From assembly GCA_002840305.1 (NCBI GenBank), contig PHAI01000002.1:138707-202706 (forward strand): a stretch of 64,000 nucleotides of DNA, given 5' to 3'. Under the pieces are notes generated by a model. The model worked only from the letters and a program-made list of their open reading frames with translations, made no database searches and had not been told where the DNA came from. Each line of letters begins with the position of its first letter. Position 1 is the stretch's first letter. Source of the stretch: Candidatus Falkowbacteria bacterium HGW-Falkowbacteria-1. GTDB lineage: Bacteria > Patescibacteriota > Patescibacteriia > Patescibacteriales > UBA12465. The translations under genes were made by a program, and so were the position numbers. Of this stretch, positions 1 to 7,347 are shown piece by piece.

Positions 1-2134
1 TTCTAGCCTCTGAAAGTATCTGGCAAACAGAATTAGTGGTAAAGTTTTGGAACTCGTCAATATAAAGATAAAAGTCCTTTCTTTGTTCTGCTGGCATGTC
101 AGTTCTAGATAAGGCTGCCATTAAGATTTTACCAACAATAATCATGCCCAATAAGTAAGCGTTTGTTTCACCTATAGAGCCCTTAGGCAAATCGACCATT
201 AAAATCTTTTGATTGTCCATTAAATCCCTAAAATTGAAGGCGCTTTTCTGTTGTCCAATAATTGGCATCATCATGTCGTTAGAGACGAATGGCGTCAATT
301 TAGAGGTTATATATGGTACCATATTGGCTAGTGCGGCCTCTCCCCCGGCCTTCTCGGCCTCTTTTCTCCAGAAATCAACCACGGTCTGATTTTTACACAT
401 ATTCAACTTCATCCTTCTAAAATCTTCGTCAGCTAATACCTTTGATATTTCCATTAAAGTAGACCCTGTTTCTGGACTATCCATTATCAAAAGCAAAGCA
501 TTCCTCATATATTGTTCAAACATCGGACCACCAGTAGCCTTTAGATCATACAACTTGTCAAAAATACCAATCATTTCATTAATAACGAAAGTCTTTTGTT
601 CTGGATATCTTTCATCATATTCCAACAAGTTTAGACCAATAGGTCTCTCCATGTCTGATGGTGAAAAAATTATAACATCCTCGGCTCTTTCTGGCGGAAT
701 TCTATTTAAAATATCTTCTATCAAATCTCCATTAGGATCCATTACACAAACACCTGCTCCTCTTTGAATGTCTTGGATGGCTAGGTTGTTTAACAAAACA
801 GATTTACCGGTACCAGATTTACCAACAATATACATATGACGACGACGATCAATATCTTTTATTTTTATTTCTTTCTTTATACCTCTAAACAAATTGAAAC
901 CCAAGACCACTCCCTCCTCTGGAATGTTGTTTGGAGCTGGAGCAGTTTTTGATGTTAACCAATCAATATTTGGCGTCTCAGTATGCGACAAAGGAAAATG
1001 ATACATTGAGACTAACTCTTCGGTGTTTAATAAAAAACTTTGGCTTTCAATAAAATGACGGTAAATAAAATCATTTATTATATTTTCTTGATCGCCCTTG
1101 ATTACCTTTCTAAAGGAGTTCCCGTATTCATAATAAGTATACTCACTAAAAGCATTTGATATATTATCAAAATATATTTTAGTTTTCTCTTGACTCTTAG
1201 TGCTGGCAACAACCCTTAAATTAACATCCAGGCCAGCCTTGGCATTTTTTTCTTCCATTTTTTTTAACATTTCTCTTTCTTTTTCAGTCAATTCTTTTTG
1301 CTTCTTTTCCGCTTCTGGCCCCTTCTCTGGTTTTCCCATATCAAACATCCCCAAAATAATATCATAGACAAAGAAGTTTACAGCATTATGAAAAGAAGAC
1401 CCACTAATTCTAAGAATTTCACTAACATCTTGATTTTTGTGAGCTCTCAAGACAGCTTCTTTAACTTTTCTGTGCCATTTTTTCTTAGCGCTTCTAACAA
1501 CATACTGAACCGCTATACTTTCATCCGATTCTAATTTAGACATGACATTTATCAAGGAATTCATAGGATCGGAATCCATCTCAGTATAATCAAGGAATGG
1601 GAAAATGAAACTTCTTTGAGATTTTAAATAGCCAGCAGTAATAATACCCTGAGGATTAAAAATATTATAATCTTCAACCTCCTCTATTGAGGCCTCGGGA
1701 TAATGTGCATGTATTTGTTGCTCTAAATAAAGAGCCCTAATCCTAGGGGCAGTTATATAAAAAGATATTTTATTTTTACTAGAAACTATTTCAAACGAAA
1801 AATTATCATCACGACCAAAAAACCAAGCAGAGAAACCTCTTTGAGCTCTAAGACCACCAATGCTTGCAAACATCGTCTCCCCTTTAGCTATTTCTTCCTG
1901 AAGTTGTTGTATATTTTCACCTTTATCTTGATCGGCTGGCTTCTCTTTTGGAAGTCTAACTAAAAAAATAGCCTGATCACTTTTTTTACTTCTAACATTA
2001 AAGTGTTTAACAATTTTTCTTAACAACAAAAAAGCAAGAACTACAAAAACAACAAAAACTAAGAAATAAAAATAAAACAAAAAACTACTAGAAAAATTAA
2101 CGTTTTCTAAATTAATACTTTGAACATTATTCAT
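1..2134 (-). CDS. Membrane-anchored P-loop ATPase of the FtsK/HerA/VirD4-TraG (type IV coupling-protein-like) kind, with a ~400-aa uncharacterised N-domain. The C-terminus lies beyond the window start.
   Basis: Absent from the supplied ORF track because no stop lies inside the window. Hand translation from the ATG (cat at 2132-2134) stays open to nt 1: MNNVQSINLENV... TM stretch FLFYFYFLVFVVFVVLAFLLL. Walker A YIVGKSGTGKSVLL at nt 791-829. Walker B-like DFYLYIDEFQNF at nt 41-77. Confidence 0.8.
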   Translation of the reverse strand, partial: MNNVQSINLENVNFSSSFLFYFYFLVFVVFVVLAFLLLRKIVKHFNVRSKKSDQAIFLVRLPKEKPADQDKGENIQQLQEEIAKGETMFASIGGLRAQRGFSAWFFGRDDNFSFEIVSSKNKISFYITAPRIRALYLEQQIHAHYPEASIEEVEDYNIFNPQGIITAGYLKSQRSFIFPFLDYTEMDSDPMNSLINVMSKLESDESIAVQYVVRSAKKKWHRKVKEAVLRAHKNQDVSEILRISGSSFHNAVNFFVYDIILGMFDMGKPEKGPEAEKKQKELTEKEREMLKKMEEKNAKAGLDVNLRVVASTKSQEKTKIYFDNISNAFSEYTYYEYGNSFRKVIKGDQENIINDFIYRHFIESQSFLLNTEELVSMYHFPLSHTETPNIDWLTSKTAPAPNNIPEEGVVLGFNLFRGIKKEIKIKDIDRRRHMYIVGKSGTGKSVLLNNLAIQDIQRGAGVCVMDPNGDLIEDILNRIPPERAEDVIIFSPSDMERPIGLNLLEYDERYPEQKTFVINEMIGIFDKLYDLKATGGPMFEQYMRNALLLIMDSPETGSTLMEISKVLADEDFRRMKLNMCKNQTVVDFWRKEAEKAGGEAALANMVPYITSKLTPFVSNDMMMPIIGQQKSAFNFRDLMDNQKILMVDLPKGSIGETNAYLLGMIIVGKILMAALSRTDMPAEQRKDFYLYIDEFQNFTTNSVCQILSEAR

Positions 2135-2139
2135 AAAGA

Positions 2140-2634
2140 TTATTTTTTCAATTTTATTATTTTATCAGTCTTGATCTTTGCTTCTTGCTCCAAAAAAAAT
2201 CTATTAACCTTTGGAATGACGCTAAGCCATCTCTTAATTAAATTTATTATCTTTTCAACATTAATTTTGGTTTTGCTTAAAAGCTTGTTTATATGAGAAA
2301 TGGTTCTTTCGCCCTCTTCTTTAAATTCCTTTTGTTTTTTGGGACTCATACCTAAAAAAACATCATTCAATCCATCGGACAGAATCTCTTCTATTTTTTT
2401 TTCTCTTTCTTTTTCCTCATTACTTACTGGTTTCGGGGTTTTACTAATTTTTTTAAAGGCCTCTCCCTGTTTTTCAATAGGCTTCGCACTTTCTTCTTGC
2501 TCAAAATTTAAAACCTCCCTCTCAATACTGGATTCGATCTTTTCTATTTCTGCAGAAAAATCGTTATCCGTTAAAGATGGCTTTTCAATCTTTATTCTTT
2601 CTTGTTCTATTTTTTTAGATAAATCTTCGGGCAT
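2140..2634 (-). CDS. Hypothetical Lys/Glu-rich, probably coiled-coil protein (~164 aa)
   Basis: Track ORF 2140..2703. I place the start at the internal MPEDLSKK (cat 2632-2634), 5 nt after the ferredoxin stop. The first 23 codons of the track ORF overlap the ferredoxin gene. No recognisable motif. Confidence 0.55.
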   Translation of the reverse strand: MPEDLSKKIEQERIKIEKPSLTDNDFSAEIEKIESSIEREVLNFEQEESAKPIEKQGEAFKKISKTPKPVSNEEKEREKKIEEILSDGLNDVFLGMSPKKQKEFKEEGERTISHINKLLSKTKINVEKIINLIKRWLSVIPKVNRFFLEQEAKIKTDKIIKLKK

Positions 2635-2638
2635 AATT

Positions 2639-2815
2639 TTATTCAACTTTAATAGCCTCAACAGGACAACTATTAGCTGCATTTCTAGCACAATCAACGT
2701 CATTATTGCTTAAAACCTCTGACTTTCCAGCAGAATTTATCTTAAAAACTTTTGGACACATATTTACACACATACCGCAACCAATACACTTTGATTGATC
2801 AACTTTTATTGACAT
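2639..2815 (-). CDS. Small single-cluster 4Fe-4S ferredoxin (58 aa)
   Basis: MSIKVDQSKCIGCGMCVNMCPKVF...CPVEAIKVE has CxxCxxC...CP plus a distal CP. The start is moved to M13 of the track ORF (cat 2813-2815). Confidence 0.8.
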   Translation of the reverse strand: MSIKVDQSKCIGCGMCVNMCPKVFKINSAGKSEVLSNNDVDCARNAANSCPVEAIKVE

Positions 2816-2950
2816 AAATGAATGGCTACAAAATATTAGGCAAAAAATCAAAATAATTCAAAAAGGCAGAATTAAATGGATTTGTGCTATATACTTTTAT
2901 AGCTTTATAATTTTATAAATTTGATATTATTATACTATATATTTAAACAA

Positions 2951-2979
2951 TTGACAAGCAAAAATAAGTTTGTTATATT
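2951..2979 (+). promoter_or_regulatory. Sigma-70-type promoter for rpmA
   Basis: TTGACA (2951-2956), 17-nt spacer, TATATT (2974-2979), about 70 nt upstream of the rpmA ATG. Confidence 0.55.
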
Positions 2980-3051
2980 ATCTTAGTATGATTAATTAAC
3001 GATAAATAAATCATTTTAATTATCTTCTATTTAAAATGATCTAAAAATACT

Positions 3052-3339
3052 ATGGCACACAAAAAAGCTGGAGGATCAACCACCCTCGGTCGTGATTCAC
3101 AAAGCAAAAGACTTGGAGTGAAACTTTCTGATGGACAATCTGCTAAAACTGGATCAATAATAATTCGCCAAAGAGGCGCTAAATATATTGCCGGCACAAA
3201 TGTCAAAAAAGGAAGCGATGACACTTTATTTTCTGTTAAAAATGGTACGGTTAAATTTAAAACAAAAAAGGTAAAGAAATTTGATGGCAACATGGTAAGC
3301 AGAAAGGTAGTAAACGTAGTAACTTCAGAAAAAAAATAA
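3052..3339 (+). CDS. rpmA: 50S ribosomal protein L27
   Basis: [24 protein letters not shown]...[10 protein letters not shown] is the hallmark L27 N-terminus. There is no Firmicute-type propeptide. Confidence 0.95.
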   Translation: MAHKKAGGSTTLGRDSQSKRLGVKLSDGQSAKTGSIIIRQRGAKYIAGTNVKKGSDDTLFSVKNGTVKFKTKKVKKFDGNMVSRKVVNVVTSEKK

Positions 3340-3362
3340 ATCCACAACAGGGACAAACTCAC

Positions 3363-3392
3363 AAAAAAACGAGACAAAAGCTTCGTTTTTTT
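3363..3392 (+). terminator. Intrinsic terminator after rpmA
   Basis: AAAAAAACGA (3363-3372) pairs perfectly with TCGTTTTTTT (3383-3392) around a 10-nt loop, 24 nt after the stop. Confidence 0.55.
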
Positions 3393-3426
3393 GTTATATT
3401 TGTCATAAATAAAATACTTATAAAAT

Positions 3427-3457
3427 AAAAAGAGGCTCATTTCAAGCCTCCGTTTTT
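3427..3457. terminator. Bidirectional intrinsic terminator between convergent genes
   Basis: GAGGCT (3432-3437) / AGCCTC (3445-3450), 7-nt loop, with an A-run on one side and a T-run on the other. Confidence 0.65.
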
Positions 3458-3484
3458 GAAAAAAATTTTCTTATCTTCTTGTCT

Positions 3485-3769
3485 TTATCTTCTCGCACCC
3501 ATAGCTGGACATTGAAGAATCAGTTCTCCGCTGGCCCTTTTTCTGGTTCGTTTCTTGTCATCGTAAAGTATGCCCTTAAACTTTCTCTTGGCAGCCACCT
3601 CAAAGAAATGTCTCTTAGTCTTTTTGGCACTAATCGTGTTCAACGACTTTCTTGCCTTCACGACTTTAAATTGCGTATTGTTTCTTTTGTTAATATCACC
3701 CGGATATTTGGCGAAACAACTAACGGCCGAAAATCCTAATAGTAAAAAAATAAAGAGAACTTTTTTCAT
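3485..3769 (-). CDS. Small secreted, highly basic hypothetical protein (94 aa)
   Basis: Signal-peptide-like MKKVLFIFLLLGFSAVSCFA followed by a K/R-rich mature part. It has its own promoter and terminator. Confidence 0.6.
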   Translation of the reverse strand: MKKVLFIFLLLGFSAVSCFAKYPGDINKRNNTQFKVVKARKSLNTISAKKTKRHFFEVAAKRKFKGILYDDKKRTRKRASGELILQCPAMGARR

Positions 3770-3808
3770 AATTTAGACTGTTTTTGCTTGGGTTAATGTA
3801 CTAACTTG

Positions 3809-3837
3809 ACTATAACACATTTTAATTACTATGTCAA
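3809..3837 (-). promoter_or_regulatory. Sigma-70-type promoter for the 94-aa gene
   Basis: On the minus strand: TTGACA (3832-3837), 17 nt, TATAGT (3809-3814). Confidence 0.55.
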
Positions 3838-3848
3838 TAAAAATAAAA

Positions 3849-3875
3849 AAAGGGGTTGTGTTAAACTTCCCCTTT
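3849..3875 (-). terminator. Intrinsic terminator after the beta-barrel-like gene
   Basis: AAAGGGG (3849-3855) / CCCCTTT (3869-3875), followed on the minus strand by a long T-run. Confidence 0.5.
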
Positions 3876-3895
3876 GTATTTTTTGTTGTTTTTTT

Positions 3896-4786
3896 CTACC
3901 AATCCAGGAAGGCTCCTAGATTAACAGAGAAAAAGATCCCATCGATACCCGAATATGGAACTGATGATTGCCAATAAATTCGGCGTTGGTATGTCAGCTT
4001 AAACAAATCAGCCCTTATATTCTTTGAGGATATTGCTATCCCACCAGAAATTATAGGGGAAATTCCCAAGCTAAACATAGGATTTTCTCTGATCGCGGCA
4101 CCTAAAACTGGTGCGACATAGAATTTGCTAATTTCGAATAGGCTGACTAAATTAATATTTAATTCAGCACCATAATCGAAACACAAACCATCTACGTCAG
4201 GTTTTAGGAAGTATTCTCCAAAAGCCGAAACCTCGGTTTTTTTCAACCAAGCTTGGTCTTCTCTACCAGAAACAACCACTCCTAATTTGGCAGAAAAACC
4301 AAAGCGAGAAATATCGTCCGAATAACTAATAATTTGATCTCCTGACCATTTATTAATGTCGAATTTACTTTTCTCGTACAAAACTCCAGCCCCAATGGAT
4401 ACTTCGCCCGGAATAAGATCTTCAAAACGAGCTATCATTCCTAGCCCAATTTTGCTATAAGTACCTACTCTGTAATGGTAATTATAACCTTGATCCTCCC
4501 TTGGCAACACTTGAGACAAACCATCTTTACCCATCAAAAAAAGAGCTGAAATTCCTAAACGATAATCAGGACTTCTCTCCGGCAAAAAAACATTAAACTC
4601 AGTAAGGTTAAAATAACCTTTACCGGTCTTAAAAACATTCACCGAATCTTCTCCATAAACAAAACCCCAGTTGTCACCAAAGGTGGTGTACGAGCTATTT
4701 TTAAGATCTAACGCTCCTGACATGTCTTGGGCTGACAACATTGAAGTCAGCAGACCAAAAATCGAAAGACATATTATCTTTTTCAT
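3896..4786 (-). CDS. Secreted protein with outer-membrane beta-barrel-like sequence features (296 aa)
   Basis: Signal peptide MKKIICLSIFGLLTSMLSAQ. About 10 or more short amphipathic alternating segments (LGISALFLMG, VSIGAGVLYEK, FGFSAKLGVVVSG, YGAELNINL, ISGGIAISS...). The C-terminus NLGAFLDW fits the OMP beta-signal pattern. AGGAGG SD lies 8 nt upstream. Confidence 0.55.
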   Translation of the reverse strand: MKKIICLSIFGLLTSMLSAQDMSGALDLKNSSYTTFGDNWGFVYGEDSVNVFKTGKGYFNLTEFNVFLPERSPDYRLGISALFLMGKDGLSQVLPREDQGYNYHYRVGTYSKIGLGMIARFEDLIPGEVSIGAGVLYEKSKFDINKWSGDQIISYSDDISRFGFSAKLGVVVSGREDQAWLKKTEVSAFGEYFLKPDVDGLCFDYGAELNINLVSLFEISKFYVAPVLGAAIRENPMFSLGISPIISGGIAISSKNIRADLFKLTYQRRIYWQSSVPYSGIDGIFFSVNLGAFLDW

Positions 4787-4810
4787 TTTATAATCCTCCT
4801 ATTTATTTTA

Positions 4811-4860
4811 GTTAACAATCAAAACTATTCCAAACAAGTGAAAAAATCTTGATTGTTAAC
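4811..4860 (-). promoter_or_regulatory. Perfect 12-bp inverted repeat in the 5' UTR of the beta-barrel-like gene
   Basis: GTTAACAATCAA (4811-4822) and TTGATTGTTAAC (4849-4860), separated by 26 nt. It lies between the promoter and the SD. Confidence 0.45.
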
Positions 4861-4891
4861 TAATTGGAAAATTTTTGTCAAAGAACCTAAT

Positions 4892-4920
4892 ATTATATAA
4901 TAAATAATAATAATTGTCAA
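4892..4920 (-). promoter_or_regulatory. Consensus sigma-70 promoter for the beta-barrel-like gene
   Basis: On the minus strand: TTGACA (4915-4920), 17 nt, TATAAT (4892-4897). Confidence 0.65.
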
Positions 4921-4924
4921 TACT

Positions 4925-5689
4925 CTATTCTAAAATATTATTAATACTGCCAGAATCGTCCACATCTGAATCAATCTCCCCATCTTCGTTTCCGCCCACC
5001 TCATTCTTAAGTTCCGTTTTTCTTTCTAACCCTTTAGTAGTATCCATTTTCTTACTTCTCCTTTTTCTAGATAAATTTATACTATATTTTTCCTCTGGAA
5101 AAACATAGATATAAACTAAACCGAAAAATAAACTCAAACCAATCAGAAACAAACCATTAAAAATTAAATTAGGCTTAACTGGATATTTAGACACCACTGG
5201 TTGATCCAAAATACTTATTTTCACAGAGTCTCCCAGTCCTTGATAATTTTGATTTTTAGTCATAAGGACGCTGTTGACCGCCAAGGCTATTTGTTTAGCC
5301 TGATAAGCATCTGGATGATAAATTGAAATATTTATAATGCCTGAATTTTCAACACTCTTGGCACTTAAAGTCTTCTTCCACTTTTTCATCTGTTTTGTAG
5401 AATCTTCACCGAAATAACTACGATCAATATCAAACCCAGAATCCAAAACTAAAGAAAAAAATGAATTAGAATAAACCACTCTAGAAAATAAATCTGATAA
5501 ATATTCCACGGAGCGTGAAACAGCGAAAGGATCCACCCTGCCATAACCCTCTTGAATAACCAAAATTTGAGATTTGGCTCCAAATTTAAAGTCCTGCAAT
5601 AAAGTAAAAATAGCACCAAGCAATAAAAACATTAGAAAAATAGAAAGCAAGGTTTGTCTTTTTTGTTTTAATAAGTTACTCAATTCCAT
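4925..5689 (-). CDS. Wzz-like polysaccharide chain-length determinant (PCP) family protein
   Basis: An N-terminal TM and a C-terminal TM (LIFNGLFLIGLSLFFGLVYIYVF) bracket a ~170-aa extracytoplasmic domain. This is the Wzz topology. There is an acidic tail. Confidence 0.5.
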   Translation of the reverse strand: MELSNLLKQKRQTLLSIFLMFLLLGAIFTLLQDFKFGAKSQILVIQEGYGRVDPFAVSRSVEYLSDLFSRVVYSNSFFSLVLDSGFDIDRSYFGEDSTKQMKKWKKTLSAKSVENSGIINISIYHPDAYQAKQIALAVNSVLMTKNQNYQGLGDSVKISILDQPVVSKYPVKPNLIFNGLFLIGLSLFFGLVYIYVFPEEKYSINLSRKRRSKKMDTTKGLERKTELKNEVGGNEDGEIDSDVDDSGSINNILE

Positions 5690-5730
5690 ATAATTATTTC
5701 AATAGTTATTTCAAAATTTAAAAATTAATT

Positions 5731-7101
5731 TTATTTTAACACGGTCTCTCTTATTTCCAAGCTAGTACTATAGGTAAGTTTTGATTGGCCACCACTTACT
5801 TTAACATCTGTTCTTTCCGAGATGTCTCTAACGTCAAAACCGTTTTTAACACTTTGGGTAACCACTTTGTCACGAGAAGAACTATTCTCTAGACTAGGGC
5901 CATTTAATACTTTAGAAAAACGGCCGTCATTATCAGCTTTAACCTTTATTTTCTGATTATAGAAATCAACAGTCAATTCTTCGTTCGGAAAAAAACCACC
6001 TCCGCTAAGCTCAAACTGAGTACCGCTATTAATGCTTGGGGAGCTCAAACTTAGATATAAATCTTCTTTAGCATAAACTTTGTCGTCTAATCCTGCTTCA
6101 AAGTGTCCCAAAACCTCTAAATTAGAGCCGAGAACTAAGATACTTGAATTATTAAAAACAACAGCCCTTTCACCGTCATAAGTGGCAACAACTTTTAATC
6201 CCATTGCCCATCCTTCGGGAGCAACAACTCCACCAGTTCTAAGAGAAGAAATAACGCTCATATCTGACTTTCTTATTTTTACAATTCCTAAACCATTAGA
6301 AAAATATAAATATTCATTTCCAGAAGAAGAGACATCGTAACCGGGAAAACCTGAATGTTCAAACGTTCCCTTAAGCGCTCCATTCAAAGTAACCTTTTTA
6401 ACAGAAAGATCATCTGCAAAATAAATATAATCATCGTAAGAATCATAATAAATTCCACGATTGTTTTTATCACCATAAAAATTTAATTGTAATTTCTTGG
6501 AAACTTTTCTTTCATTTTTATCAAAAATTTCAATTTCATTACTATCCTCTTTCAAATTAAAAATTAAATTTTGATTACCAGCAGAAGAAATATTATAAGA
6601 AGTGTCATTTTTAATATCATAACTGTCTATAGTCTCCAAATCTTTACTCCAAACCTTCACGCCCTTAGCACTTATAGTAACTATATTGTCACCAAATTTA
6701 TCAACTCTGTTATACCATTCCCAATAAGTATTTTTAACCTCTTTAACTAGAATATATGTTTCCAAGTCAGAAATATCATATTTATAAAGAGTAAAGCCAG
6801 AAATAGCATAGGCATACAAACGACCATTCTCAATATTCAATTTTACACCGTAAAAACTATCGTCCTTGTTAAATCTAGTATCAAATGGTCTCCAATACAT
6901 TTTTCTTTTTAAACCACCATTCTCTAATTTAAAAATTTCTAAACTTTCGCTATCAGTTGAAGCAACTATCAAATCTTGCTCATAATTAATAGCGTCGCCC
7001 GAATAATAAGACTTTAATTTAGTCTTAGCTGGCTTAGAAGTAAAATAAATTACCCCACCAAATAAAACTAAGACTAACAATGCTATTTTGATTTTTTTCA
7101 T
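5731..7101 (-). CDS. Anchored or secreted hypothetical protein, probably a beta-propeller plus a C-terminal Ig-like domain (456 aa)
   Basis: N-terminal anchor MKKIKIALLVLVLFGGVIYF, with repeated Y/F-rich beta-strand motifs. No catalytic motif recognised. Confidence 0.5.
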   Translation of the reverse strand: MKKIKIALLVLVLFGGVIYFTSKPAKTKLKSYYSGDAINYEQDLIVASTDSESLEIFKLENGGLKRKMYWRPFDTRFNKDDSFYGVKLNIENGRLYAYAISGFTLYKYDISDLETYILVKEVKNTYWEWYNRVDKFGDNIVTISAKGVKVWSKDLETIDSYDIKNDTSYNISSAGNQNLIFNLKEDSNEIEIFDKNERKVSKKLQLNFYGDKNNRGIYYDSYDDYIYFADDLSVKKVTLNGALKGTFEHSGFPGYDVSSSGNEYLYFSNGLGIVKIRKSDMSVISSLRTGGVVAPEGWAMGLKVVATYDGERAVVFNNSSILVLGSNLEVLGHFEAGLDDKVYAKEDLYLSLSSPSINSGTQFELSGGGFFPNEELTVDFYNQKIKVKADNDGRFSKVLNGPSLENSSSRDKVVTQSVKNGFDVRDISERTDVKVSGGQSKLTYSTSLEIRETVLK

Positions 7102-7180
7102 ATTTTTATTTTAATTCAATGTTTATCAATCTAAAAACATTAAATTCTTTATTTTTTATAAAATATTAATTTAACTTGGT

Positions 7181-7209
7181 ATTGTAGCACATATTAAAAA
7201 AAATGTCAA
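7181..7209 (-). promoter_or_regulatory. Consensus sigma-70 promoter
   Basis: On the minus strand: TTGACA (7204-7209), 17 nt, TACAAT (7181-7186), upstream of the 5731..7101 gene. Confidence 0.6.
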
Positions 7210-7322
7210 TACCAACAAAAAACCAATAAAAAGGGCTTTTTATAAATTTACCCAAAAAATAACAAAGAAATAAGGAACTACACAATAAAAATACTTTTTT
7301 GTCACCTTTTATCTTCTCGTCA

Positions 7323-7331
7323 CCCCCCCCC
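7323..7331. repeat. Homopolymeric C9 (G9 on the coding strand) tract
   Basis: cacccccccccctc read directly. It is intergenic, 17 nt after the stop of 7348..9102. Confidence 0.9.
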
Positions 7332-7347
7332 TCTTTCTAAATATTAT

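Noticed and set aside
2300-2713. A 137-aa plus-strand ORF antisense to the coiled-coil gene. Similar antisense ORFs occur at 3027..3440, 34891..35328, 43172..43504, 43643..43999, 50137..50517, 50922..51206, 59772..60131, 44793..45047 and 55439..55717.
   Set aside because: These are S/F/L/I-rich low-complexity translations, typical of the reverse strand of K/E/N-rich AT-rich genes. Each is fully embedded in a well-supported gene with recognisable motifs, and none has an SD or promoter.
1-2851. The ATPase region as part of an integrated conjugative element or prophage
   Set aside because: The visible part contains no integrase, relaxase, VirB4, phage structural genes or flanking repeats, and composition matches the rest of the window. 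The element could still continue beyond the window edge.
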